Source: Gammaproteobacteria bacterium
GTDB taxonomy: Bacteria; Pseudomonadota; Gammaproteobacteria; JACQPQ01
Assembly (NCBI GenBank): GCA_016207405.1
Contig: JACQPQ010000021.1
Location: forward strand, 4,936 to 68,935
Direction: 5' to 3'
Length of the DNA stretch: 64,000 nucleotides
Shown: piece by piece, positions 10,091 through 18,498 of the stretch
How the letters are laid out: every line of letters begins with the position of its first letter
Numbering within the stretch: the stretch's first letter is position 1
Notes under the pieces: model-generated
Databases searched by the model: none
Told to the model about the DNA's origin: nothing
Seen by the model: the letters and a program-made list of their open reading frames with translations, nothing else
Made by a program: the position numbers and the translations under genes

Positions 10091-11764
10091 TTAGACAAGC
10101 GTCAGCATCTTTCGTGCATGCTGGAGCGTTTCGGGCGTTTGGCTTTTGCCTCCCACCATACGGGCAATTTCTAAAACTCTTTCTTCTTCATTAAGAGGAT
10201 GAACCGTCGAATAAGTCACTTGACACTGTACGGTTTTTTCAACGCGAATATGGGAACTTCCCCAAACGGCGACTTGTGCAAGATGAGTGACACAAATCAC
10301 CTGTTTGCGCTCCCCAAGTTTTTTTAACAGCCGGCCTACGGTATCTGCCGTTTTTCCACCCACGCCCACATCCACTTCATCGAATAGAAAAGTAGGAGTG
10401 GGCAATAAGGTTGTCGTTAAAGCCTCTATGGCAAGACTAATTCTCGAAAGCTCTCCCCCAGAGACTACTTGTTTTAAAGGTTTTAAAGGATGGTCTGGGT
10501 TTGTAGTGATAAGCCATTCGACTTTTTCGAGTCCCTCGGCAGTTTCTTCACCTGAAGCACAAGGAGAAAAATGAACTTTAAACTTTCCATAGGGCATTCC
10601 CAGTTGTTTTAAATAAGGGAGGAGCGCTTTTTCAAAACAAAGCGAAGTGGCTTGGCGCAGACAAGTGAGTTGGTTTGCCTTCTCACAATATGTCTGTTTT
10701 GCACAGAGAGCCGCTTCTCCAAGCTCAGCTATTTTGGGCTCTAGTGCTTCGAGTTCCGCCAACTCACATTTGAGTTTTTTGTGGAAAGAAGGTAAATCGG
10801 GAGCTTTGATGTTATGTTTGCGTACAAGTTGATGAATGCACTCAAGCCGAGTAGATACGTTCAAGAGTTCTTCGGGTTCTATGTCAAGCTTGTTTAAACA
10901 TGACTTTAGGTGAGTTACGGTTTCTTGAACGTAGATATGGGCTTGTTTAAGCAATTCAATTGGCGTTTGCAAACTGCCCTCGTATTCGGAGATTTCTTGC
11001 AGCAAACGGATGGTTTGAAGAAGCGTCTCTTGTGCTGAGCCCTCATCTTTTTCTTCAAGGAGGTTAAGCGATCCGCGAATGTGAGAAAACAGTTTTTCGA
11101 GATGGATCAGGCGGTGGTACTTTTGTTCGAGAGAAGAGAGTTCATTTTCTTGAAGAGCAAGGGCATCGAGTTCTTTAACCTGGTAACTTAAGAGTTCCCG
11201 TGCTGTGAGTTGTTGGCTTGCAAGGGTTTGCGCGATTTTAAAATCCTCTTCTGCCTTCTGCCAAACCGCATAGCTTTTTCTGACCCCATCAAGAAGGGGG
11301 ATATGCTGCCCAAAACTATCCAGAAGTTCCCTTTGAGTCGCTGTCGAAAGAAGCGTTTGATGTTGCTGTTGGGTATGCGTATGAATGAGAAAATTGCCTA
11401 ACTGCTGAAGGAGAGCAACCGTTGTAAGGCTATGATTGATGTAAATTTTAGAGTGCCCTTCTTGAGTGAGAATTCTGCGGATAAGAAGGGTGGTTTCGGG
11501 GGGCGCCAGAAGTTCATGCGCTTTCAACCACTCCATAGCGTGTGGCGCGAAATGTAAGTCGAAGAAAGCGGTAATCTCGCATTTTTCCGCGCCCTGTCGA
11601 ATCAGTGCCGGTTGTGCCCGCTGCCCTAAAATAAGGGCCATCGCTTCGACAAGAATGGATTTTCCTGCGCCTGTTTCTCCCGTGATGACCGTTAGCCCCG
11701 CGTAAAAATCCAGTTCAAGATTTTCAATCGTTAAAAGGTTTTTAACCTGAAGAGATGTCAGCAT
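10091..11764 (-). CDS. recN: DNA repair protein RecN
   Basis: It has the N-terminal LENLELDFYAGLTVITGETGAGKSI, a coiled-coil middle, and a C-terminal SGGELSRISLA signature. Confidence 0.95.
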   Translation of the reverse strand: MLTSLQVKNLLTIENLELDFYAGLTVITGETGAGKSILVEAMALILGQRAQPALIRQGAEKCEITAFFDLHFAPHAMEWLKAHELLAPPETTLLIRRILTQEGHSKIYINHSLTTVALLQQLGNFLIHTHTQQQHQTLLSTATQRELLDSFGQHIPLLDGVRKSYAVWQKAEEDFKIAQTLASQQLTARELLSYQVKELDALALQENELSSLEQKYHRLIHLEKLFSHIRGSLNLLEEKDEGSAQETLLQTIRLLQEISEYEGSLQTPIELLKQAHIYVQETVTHLKSCLNKLDIEPEELLNVSTRLECIHQLVRKHNIKAPDLPSFHKKLKCELAELEALEPKIAELGEAALCAKQTYCEKANQLTCLRQATSLCFEKALLPYLKQLGMPYGKFKVHFSPCASGEETAEGLEKVEWLITTNPDHPLKPLKQVVSGGELSRISLAIEALTTTLLPTPTFLFDEVDVGVGGKTADTVGRLLKKLGERKQVICVTHLAQVAVWGSSHIRVEKTVQCQVTYSTVHPLNEEERVLEIARMVGGKSQTPETLQHARKMLTLV

Positions 11765-12648
11765 TAGAGCTTTCGTCCCCAGTGTAATTTATTTCGGAGG
11801 GTTTTAAAGTAGCAATATCGTTTGGGGTGAATAAGATTCAGGTGTCCTTTTTGTTTTTCGATGTGGATTTCATCCCCAGGCACCGTCGGGAAGACTATTT
11901 GGCTATCACAGCTCACTTTGGGATAAACCTTATTATGGGCAGAAGGGACTAGTTTTATGCGGCGGTTTCCTTCTACGACGATGGGGCGGCTACTTAAGGT
12001 ATGGGGGCATAGGGGAACTAAAACGATAGCATCCAGAGAAGGATGCAAAATAGGCCCGTCGGCGGATAAAGCATAGGCCGTAGAACCCGTTGGGGTCGCC
12101 GTGATGAGGCCATCGGAGCGTTCGCTATAGACAAATTGCTCGTCAATATAGACTTCAAACTCGATCATTTTACTCACGCTCCCATGGGAAAGAAGCACTT
12201 CGTTCAGTGCATTGCCAGTTGCGGTGACTTTGCCTTGGTGTTCTATTCGAAGGGACAACAGGAATCTTTTTTCTTGGTAATATTGCCCACTTAAAACTTC
12301 GAGTAATTCCTCTTCAAGCGCTGTCGGATGAATGTCCGTCAAAAAGCCTAAATGTCCCCGATGAATACCCAGGACCGGCGTTTTCGAAAGCGACAGTGCA
12401 CGAGCTGCATTGAGCAAGTTTCCATCCCCCCCAATGACGATAATCAGTTCTGAACAAGCCGCGAGTTCTGGCATGGGTTTTACGGAAAAAGAGTGCCCTG
12501 GTAAAAGGCTTGCCGTTTGTTCTTCTAATAGGAGGGTACGGTTCTGTTGGAGAAGCGCATCCCGTAAAATTTTAAGTGTTTCGAGGGCTTCCGTGTCTTG
12601 CTGCTTACCAATGACGCCAATGGTTTGGAACAGAGGTTTTTTTGTCAT
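11764..12648 (-). CDS. nadK: NAD kinase
   Basis: It has the GGDGNLL motif (IIVIGGDGNLLNAARAL), the NE/D short motif, and a length of 294 aa. Confidence 0.9.
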   Translation of the reverse strand: MTKKPLFQTIGVIGKQQDTEALETLKILRDALLQQNRTLLLEEQTASLLPGHSFSVKPMPELAACSELIIVIGGDGNLLNAARALSLSKTPVLGIHRGHLGFLTDIHPTALEEELLEVLSGQYYQEKRFLLSLRIEHQGKVTATGNALNEVLLSHGSVSKMIEFEVYIDEQFVYSERSDGLITATPTGSTAYALSADGPILHPSLDAIVLVPLCPHTLSSRPIVVEGNRRIKLVPSAHNKVYPKVSCDSQIVFPTVPGDEIHIEKQKGHLNLIHPKRYCYFKTLRNKLHWGRKL

Positions 12649-12656
12649 ATGCCGTT

Positions 12657-13385
12657 TTATAGGGCCTCTCGGAGATAAACAGGCAGTGCATGTTCTGGCT
12701 GAAGCGTTTCACCTTTTTCGAACTTCTGGATCGCCAAAGGTATTAAAGCTCTGGCCATAGGATAACAGTTGGGAAACGAGTGGTGCAAATAGGGGGCAAA
12801 TCGTGTTTCTAAAACACTTGAATAAGCTTTCCAACCACTTCCTACCCCAACCCATTCCGTTGCTTTAGATAAGAGATTTTCTGGGATAGAAATTTCAGAA
12901 GGTTTCTGTAGGGTATCCGGGATAATAGTTTTTAAAAGGGTAAGGGATAAGGGGTAAGGGGTAAGGGATAAGGGGTAATGATTGTTTTCTTCAATTTGGT
13001 AAGCGCCCCAATAAACAGCTCCCATGCGGGCATCTTGTACTCCTAGTACCGCTCCCTTCGAAAAAGTAAGATGCGCTTCTTCGGCAAGACAAGCCAAGCT
13101 TGAGACAGCCACAATAGGTAAGTCATGGGCAAAGGCAAGGCTTTGCGCGATGGAGGCCCCCAGGCGAACCCCTGTAAAAGTACCTGGCCCCTGACCAAAA
13201 ACAATCAGATCTAAATTTGAAAAAAAAATGTTGCTTTTGGAAAGCAAATTGTGGATCATACCGAGCACGTGAAGACTTGCTTTTTGAGTGCCCTCTTCTT
13301 GTTGCTCGAGTAAATGATTGTGTACAAGAAGCGCAACGGAGCAACGTTCTGTTGAGGTTTCTAGGGCGAGTATGGTGTAAGACAT
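12657..13385 (-). CDS. tsaB: tRNA threonylcarbamoyladenosine biosynthesis protein TsaB (YeaZ). It carries an in-frame heptamer-repeat insertion.
   Basis: It has the N-terminal MSYTILALETSTERCSVALL motif and a YeaZ fold. Residues YPLSLTPYPLSLT are encoded by (TTACCCC/TTATCCC)n at 12937..12979. Confidence 0.85.
   Translation of the reverse strand: MSYTILALETSTERCSVALLVHNHLLEQQEEGTQKASLHVLGMIHNLLSKSNIFFSNLDLIVFGQGPGTFTGVRLGASIAQSLAFAHDLPIVAVSSLACLAEEAHLTFSKGAVLGVQDARMGAVYWGAYQIEENNHYPLSLTPYPLSLTLLKTIIPDTLQKPSEISIPENLLSKATEWVGVGSGWKAYSSVLETRFAPYLHHSFPNCYPMARALIPLAIQKFEKGETLQPEHALPVYLREAL
12937..12979. repeat. (GGGTAAG/GGATAAG)x6 heptamer tandem array inside tsaB
   Basis: The sequence is aagggtaagggataaggggtaaggggtaagggataaggggtaa. 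It is 42 bp, which is a multiple of 3, and is in-frame. It is G4-capable on the plus strand. Confidence 0.75.
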
Positions 13386-13450
13386 GTTTAGTCTGTAAAG
13401 CCAACATCATAGCACGCTCATGAAAGCATGCGTATTTTGCATAAGCGGTA

Positions 13451-14434
13451 ATGTCTCACCAAATGGTTGTAAGCGCATTGAACCAGGGAGAGTTTTTCAT
13501 TTATTCGCATCTACAACAATCGCTTGTAATCCCCATTATTTGGGGCGGGTTGTTGTGTGCCGTAAATATTCCTGCGCTCGCTTCAGACAACAGTCTTCTT
13601 CCCATGACAAACATGGCACGATGTACAAAGTGTCATGATGAAAACACCTCCCCCGTTTTACCTTTATTAAAATCTAAACATGCCGTAGTAGCGGACAAAA
13701 GAACTCCATTTGCAGGGGAAGCATGCCAGACCTGTCACGGGTTAAGTGAAGAACACATGAAAGGTTCTGAAGATGGAGGGCCGCGCCCTTCTCCCAGCGT
13801 TCGATTTGGTTCCAAGTCCAACACCCCTCTTTCAACTCAAAATGAATCCTGTTTAGCCTGCCACCGTTCTGGTTTGCGGATGGAATGGAAAGGCAGTCCA
13901 CATGAAATGAAAGGGGTGGGGTGCATTAGCTGTCATACCCTACACACCGGTTCGGATAAAGTTTTAGATAAAAAAAACCAAGCGGAAGTTTGTTTTACCT
14001 GTCACAAAACACAGAGGGCGGAGAGTCATAAGCTTTCGTCTCATCCCATTCAAGAAGGGAAAGTCGTCTGTTCCTCTTGCCATAATCCCCATGGTGCAGT
14101 AGGGCCAAAACTTTTGAGTACCAATACGGTTAATGAAACTTGTTATACCTGTCACGCGGAAAAACGAGGGCCGTTTTTGTGGGAACATGCTCCTGTGAGC
14201 GAAAACTGCATAACCTGTCATACACCTCATGGCTCTATTCATAAGCCGCTTTTGAAATCCAGGGGGCCGTGGTTGTGCCAGCAATGCCATTTGACATCTA
14301 ATCATCATACGAGTGGTGCCTATAACTGTTCTAGTTGTCACTCAACCCGGCGGCTATCGGGCAAAGATTGTTTAAATTGTCATTCAGAGGTGCATGGATC
14401 GAATCATCCTTCTGGTGCAAGGTTAATGAGGTGA
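13451..14434 (+). CDS. Periplasmic decaheme c-type cytochrome, MtrA/MtoA/PioA family
   Basis: There are 11 CXXCH motifs in 327 aa (CTKCH, CQTCH, CLACH, CISCH, CFTCH, CSSCH, CYTCH, CITCH, CQQCH, CSSCH, CLNCH). The size and heme density are typical of MtrA/MtoA. A large OM beta-barrel gene follows immediately. The signal peptide may start at an upstream non-ATG codon. Confidence 0.8.
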   Translation: MSHQMVVSALNQGEFFIYSHLQQSLVIPIIWGGLLCAVNIPALASDNSLLPMTNMARCTKCHDENTSPVLPLLKSKHAVVADKRTPFAGEACQTCHGLSEEHMKGSEDGGPRPSPSVRFGSKSNTPLSTQNESCLACHRSGLRMEWKGSPHEMKGVGCISCHTLHTGSDKVLDKKNQAEVCFTCHKTQRAESHKLSSHPIQEGKVVCSSCHNPHGAVGPKLLSTNTVNETCYTCHAEKRGPFLWEHAPVSENCITCHTPHGSIHKPLLKSRGPWLCQQCHLTSNHHTSGAYNCSSCHSTRRLSGKDCLNCHSEVHGSNHPSGARLMR

Positions 14435-14479
14435 AAGGGATAAGGTGAAAGGGATAAGGGGGAAGGGATAAGGGGTAAG
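14431..14479. repeat. Heptamer tandem array (GTGAAAG GGATAAG)x2 GGGGAAG GGATAAG GGGTAAG
   Basis: It is a seven-unit direct 7-mer array. The first unit supplies the TGA stop of the decaheme gene. Confidence 0.7.
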
Positions 14480-14485
14480 TTTTTG

Positions 14486-14526
14486 TAGGGTGGACAAAGT
14501 GAGCGCAGCGAACGGTCCACCTAAGC
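14486..14526. repeat. REP-like palindrome TAGGGTGGACAAAGTGAGCGCAGCGAACGGTCCACCtaagc
   Basis: GGTGGAC and GTCCACC arms enclose an inner palindromic core. It lies between the decaheme gene and the porin gene. Confidence 0.7.
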
Positions 14527-14581
14527 TTGCAGGTCGAATTCAAGCGAAGCGTAGAATCCGACAATTAAAACTCAAAAAGCA

Positions 14582-16801
14582 ATGAGAATGCATAAAAAGA
14601 TATTGATAGCCATTTTATATTTGGCCGCATCCCCTCTTTGGGCAGAAGATGATCCTTTTTCTTTTGGCCCGAGTGATGGAGGCCTTTCTCTAGAAGCCCC
14701 CGCTCCACCACCACCCAACCGTCCTAAAAGCGAACTTGAAATAGGCCTCGCATATATCAACCGAGATTCCTTTAAATTTGGAGAGTACACGGGACAAGAA
14801 GAAAAAGGCCCTTATGTTATTGGGAATGTAGACATTCATCGCCGAGGTGCTTTTGATAGCAGAACTTTTGACAGTGATGGTGCACTGTATTGGATTTTGA
14901 GAGGTAGAAACTTGGGTCTTACGTCGCGAGAAATGGAGGTGGAGACTGGGGTACAGGGCGATTATAAGGTAGGGATGAGCTATGACCAATTGCCTAAATT
15001 TCAAACGGATACGGCTAAGACGATATTTCGAGGCGTGGGGGGAGATACACTTACATTACCTCCTGGGTGGGTAAGAGCTGACGAAACATCTGATATGACA
15101 GAGCTTAATAATAGTCTTCACGAACTCAAGGTAAGCCATGAACGTAAGAAGTATGGTATGGAGTTTTCCAAATTCTTTTCCCGTGGTTGGGAGTTTAGTG
15201 CGAAGTATCATCGTGAAACGAAAGAGGGGAAAAAGCTTGTAGGGGCCATTATAGAGAGTTGGGACTTTGATGATAGTTTTCATGAACCCACCGTTATTAT
15301 CCCTGAGCCTATCGATTACGTCACTCAACAAGTGGATGTGAAATTGAGCTTTACAGGGAAAAAGAGCCAATTTGAGGGGGGGTATTCCGTATCCTTGTTT
15401 GATAACCACAAAGATTCTCTTATTTGGGAAAATCCATTTTCTGCAATTGGAGGGACGCCTGAAACAAGAGGCAGAATAGGGCTGCCTCCTGATAATCAGT
15501 TTCATCAATTAAAAGCGATCTGGGGATATAACTTCGCCCCAAACACTCGTTTAACAGCCCATGGAACGTTCGGAAGAATGACTCAGGATGAGCGGTTCCT
15601 TCCCTATACCATCAACCCAGATTTGGCCGGTTCAGGCCTTCCTCGTTCTTCTTTAAATGGTAGGGTGGATACCTTAAGTTTTTATACTAAATTATTTTCA
15701 CGGTATGGAAATGCTCTGAATTGGGTGGCCAGTTATCGCTATGAAGACCGGGACAATCGCACGTCAAGGGCTTCCTATATTGGTTATGGTGATGCAGCCG
15801 ATCAAGGGGGGGTAGCAAACGCTAGAACTAATCTTCCTTTTAGTTTCAAGCAGAATCAATTCAAGCTTGATGCAACCTATGAATGGTTTTACCGGACGTA
15901 CTTACAGGGCGGCTATGAATACACTCAAATGGAACGCACGCTTTCAGAAGTGAAGAAAAACCAAGAACATTTATATCGGTTAGAGATCAGACGTAATGCG
16001 TTTGACTCATTAACAGGAGGCATTCGTTTTCTTCAGGCTTATCGGCGGGGATCTTCTTATCGAACCACTGCTCTTCAAACGGCTACGGGAGGGGAACATT
16101 CAATGATTCATCCTCTTCAAAGAAAGTTTTATTTAGCCAGCAAAAATAGAACCCAAGGCGGGGGTTTTATGGAGCTTGATCCAATCGAAGCGGTGACGCT
16201 TCAGTTATCTATTGACTTGTATGAAGATGACTATTTAAAGTCAAAAATGGGATTGCGGAAAAGTATGGGACAAGTTTACGCAATAGATGCGACGATGGTT
16301 CCTAAAAAAGATATTACCACGTATGCTTTTTACACCTATGAACATTCGTATTCCGATCAGAAAGAGCGAGCCTTTGAGACTGTTGCTGAGAGCAATGATC
16401 CACGAAGAGACTGGAATAAAAAAACACGAGAAGGGATAGATACGCTGGGGGCTGGTTTTAAATGGGGTCCTTTTTTGGATCGGTGGGATACGGGGGCGGA
16501 TTATACTTACGCACGCTCGCGTGGAAAGGGCCCTGTGAAAACAGGCTCTGCTTTGGATGCTCCCGATCCACCCATTCGTATGTTAACCACGGAGCTTCAC
16601 CGGTTAGATGTCTTTTTAAAATATAAAATCAAAGAGTCGCTTTCGGCTAAGATGAATGTTCTTTATGAGAAATTCAGTTCGCGGGATTATGCCGTCGATA
16701 AAATACAATTAAACGAAATAGATACGATTTTGATAACGGGTGAAAAGAGCCCAGATTACTCAGTTTCTGTAATTGGACTGTCGTTGTTATATGATTTTTA
16801 G
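14582..16801 (+). CDS. Outer-membrane beta-barrel of a porin-cytochrome complex (MtrB/MtoB/PioB-like)
   Basis: It is 739 aa with a signal peptide (MRMHKKILIAILYLAASPLWA), abundant alternating aromatic beta-strand patterns (YxYxxR, FxF), and a C-terminal LLYDF, which is the OMP Phe terminus. It sits immediately 3' of the decaheme gene. Confidence 0.75.
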   Translation: MRMHKKILIAILYLAASPLWAEDDPFSFGPSDGGLSLEAPAPPPPNRPKSELEIGLAYINRDSFKFGEYTGQEEKGPYVIGNVDIHRRGAFDSRTFDSDGALYWILRGRNLGLTSREMEVETGVQGDYKVGMSYDQLPKFQTDTAKTIFRGVGGDTLTLPPGWVRADETSDMTELNNSLHELKVSHERKKYGMEFSKFFSRGWEFSAKYHRETKEGKKLVGAIIESWDFDDSFHEPTVIIPEPIDYVTQQVDVKLSFTGKKSQFEGGYSVSLFDNHKDSLIWENPFSAIGGTPETRGRIGLPPDNQFHQLKAIWGYNFAPNTRLTAHGTFGRMTQDERFLPYTINPDLAGSGLPRSSLNGRVDTLSFYTKLFSRYGNALNWVASYRYEDRDNRTSRASYIGYGDAADQGGVANARTNLPFSFKQNQFKLDATYEWFYRTYLQGGYEYTQMERTLSEVKKNQEHLYRLEIRRNAFDSLTGGIRFLQAYRRGSSYRTTALQTATGGEHSMIHPLQRKFYLASKNRTQGGGFMELDPIEAVTLQLSIDLYEDDYLKSKMGLRKSMGQVYAIDATMVPKKDITTYAFYTYEHSYSDQKERAFETVAESNDPRRDWNKKTREGIDTLGAGFKWGPFLDRWDTGADYTYARSRGKGPVKTGSALDAPDPPIRMLTTELHRLDVFLKYKIKESLSAKMNVLYEKFSSRDYAVDKIQLNEIDTILITGEKSPDYSVSVIGLSLLYDF

Positions 16802-17401
16802 ATGAGGGGAACAATCATGATTAAACGTCTATGGCAAATTCTATGGGCTCCCAGTAGCCGCTATTCGATAGCTGCCTTACTCATAGTGGGTGCTATCGGG
16901 GGGGTGGTATTCTGGGGTGGGTTTAACACGTTTATGGAATACACGAACAGTTTAAGTTTTTGTACGGGCTGTCATGAAATGAGTAGTACTGTATATCCAG
17001 AGTACCAAAAAACTATTCATTACCAGAACAGAACAGGCGTTCGGGCCGTGTGTGCCGACTGCCACGTTCCACATGAGTGGGGACCCAAATTGCTCCGTAA
17101 AATTCAGGCATCCAATGAGCTTTATCATAAAATCGTGGGAACGATAAACACTCCTGAAAAGTTTGAGGCTAGACGTCTTGAGATGGCAGAGCGGGTGTGG
17201 ACCAGCATGAAGGCGACCGATTCCAGGGAGTGTCGAAACTGCCATGACTTTACGGCGATGGAATTAGAAAGGCAAAAGCCGCTTGCACGTACGCAGCATG
17301 AAAATGCAATGCGAGAAAAACAAACGTGTATTGACTGCCATAAGGGTATTGCGCATAAACTGGTTCAGCCTGAATTAAAATCAGAAGATTTTATGATGTA
17401 G
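16802..17401 (+). CDS. NapC/NirT/CymA-family membrane tetraheme cytochrome c (quinol dehydrogenase)
   Basis: It has an N-terminal TM helix (IKRLWQILWAPSSRYSIAALLIVGAIGGVVFWGGF) and four CXXCH motifs (CTGCHEM, CADCHVPH, CRNCHDF, CIDCHKGIAH). It aligns with the NapC N-terminus. Its TAG stop is the first three bases of a REP element. Confidence 0.85.
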   Translation: MRGTIMIKRLWQILWAPSSRYSIAALLIVGAIGGVVFWGGFNTFMEYTNSLSFCTGCHEMSSTVYPEYQKTIHYQNRTGVRAVCADCHVPHEWGPKLLRKIQASNELYHKIVGTINTPEKFEARRLEMAERVWTSMKATDSRECRNCHDFTAMELERQKPLARTQHENAMREKQTCIDCHKGIAHKLVQPELKSEDFMM

Positions 17402-17441
17402 GGTGGACTTGCGCTCGCGTAAGCGAGCAGTCCACCAATTC
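17400..17441. repeat. REP-like palindrome TAGGGTGGACTTGCGCTCGCGTAAGCGAGCAGTCCACCAATT
   Basis: GGTGGAC and GTCCACC outer arms enclose the nested palindrome CGCTCGC-GTAA-GCGAGCG. The TAG supplies the cymA-like stop. Confidence 0.7.
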
Positions 17442-17466
17442 TAACTATTAATAGAGGAGAAATTTT

Positions 17467-18438
17467 ATGCAAAAGTCATTTAATAAACAAACTTTCATTT
17501 TAAGTGGGCTTTTGTTTTTATTACAAATTTTTATTTCTGCGGGTGCACATGCCGTCAACTGGGATACGATAAAAGGAAAGGACATTGCTTTGCTTTATCC
17601 AGGGCAGGCTTCGTGGGAGGCGGTGCTATCGACCCCCTCAATGGGCGCAGCACTGAAAGCAGGTAAAACCTGCCGAACGTGCCATGAAGGGGACCAAAAA
17701 AATATGGGAGATAAGGGCGTATCTGGAAAAGGGCAGCTCGGAGGGAAATCATTGGAGCCTACTCCTGTGGCAGGAAAACCAGGAAGCTTGCCGCTTTTAG
17801 TAAAGGCTGCTTACGATGCAGAAAAACTTTATATCAAATTTGAGTGGACAGAGCCTGCCGGAGAGCCTGCCAGCAAGATGGATCCTGATTTTGTCAGCAA
17901 AGTTGCTTTAATGTTGGATGATGGTCATGTGGTAGAAGCTGCTCGAAGTGGCTGTTGGGGCACTTGTCATGATGATGTGAAAACAATGCCGAGTGGTACA
18001 GGTAAAGAAATCACAAAATATTTAGCAGCTTCTCGCACCAAATTGGATAGAACAGGAGGCGGAGCAAACTATAAATCTCAAGCAGATCTAGACAAACTTT
18101 TAAAGGATGGAGTTTTCATGGAATTTTGGCAGGCCAAACTCAAAAAAGACAAGCCAGCTGTTCCAGTATCCGGATATATTTTGGATAAACGTCATGAACA
18201 CACTTCTTCTCCTGTGCAAGCCGAGTCTGTTTTTAAAGACGGCAAATGGAGTGTTGTATTGTCTCGCAAGTTAAAGTTAGGAACTGCAGGCATGAAGGAT
18301 GTTGAGGAGAAAAAGACCTATGCTATTGGATTTGCAGTTCATAGCCAATATGCAAAGGAACGTTTCCACCATGTTTCTTTTGGGTACACCCTAACACTAG
18401 GAACAGGCACGGCAGATATTGTTGCTATTAAGAGCTAA
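17467..18438 (+). CDS. Secreted c-type cytochrome with a DOMON/ethylbenzene-dehydrogenase-like heme-binding domain
   Basis: It has a signal peptide, one canonical CRTCHEG and one CWGTCH (CX3CH) motif, and a beta-rich C-terminus (KLYIKFEWTEP..., SVVLSRKLKLG, AIGFAVHSQYAKERFHHVS) reminiscent of EB_dh/DOMON heme domains. It is the last gene of the cytochrome cluster. Confidence 0.45.
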   Translation: MQKSFNKQTFILSGLLFLLQIFISAGAHAVNWDTIKGKDIALLYPGQASWEAVLSTPSMGAALKAGKTCRTCHEGDQKNMGDKGVSGKGQLGGKSLEPTPVAGKPGSLPLLVKAAYDAEKLYIKFEWTEPAGEPASKMDPDFVSKVALMLDDGHVVEAARSGCWGTCHDDVKTMPSGTGKEITKYLAASRTKLDRTGGGANYKSQADLDKLLKDGVFMEFWQAKLKKDKPAVPVSGYILDKRHEHTSSPVQAESVFKDGKWSVVLSRKLKLGTAGMKDVEEKKTYAIGFAVHSQYAKERFHHVSFGYTLTLGTGTADIVAIKS

Positions 18439-18451
18439 GTTTTAATTTTGG

Positions 18452-18488
18452 CCCTCTCTCCCGAAAAGCGGGAGAGAGGGTTTGGGTG
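18452..18488. terminator. Bidirectional intrinsic terminator hairpin (CCCTCTCTCCCG-aaaa-CGGGAGAGAGGG followed by tttgggtg)
   Basis: It is a perfect 12-bp GC-rich stem between the convergent cytochrome cluster and the 18499 gene. Confidence 0.65.
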
Positions 18489-18498
18489 AGTAATTATT

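Noticed and set aside
12937-12979. CRISPR-like array
   Set aside because: Units are 7 bp tandem without spacers. This is a minisatellite, not CRISPR.
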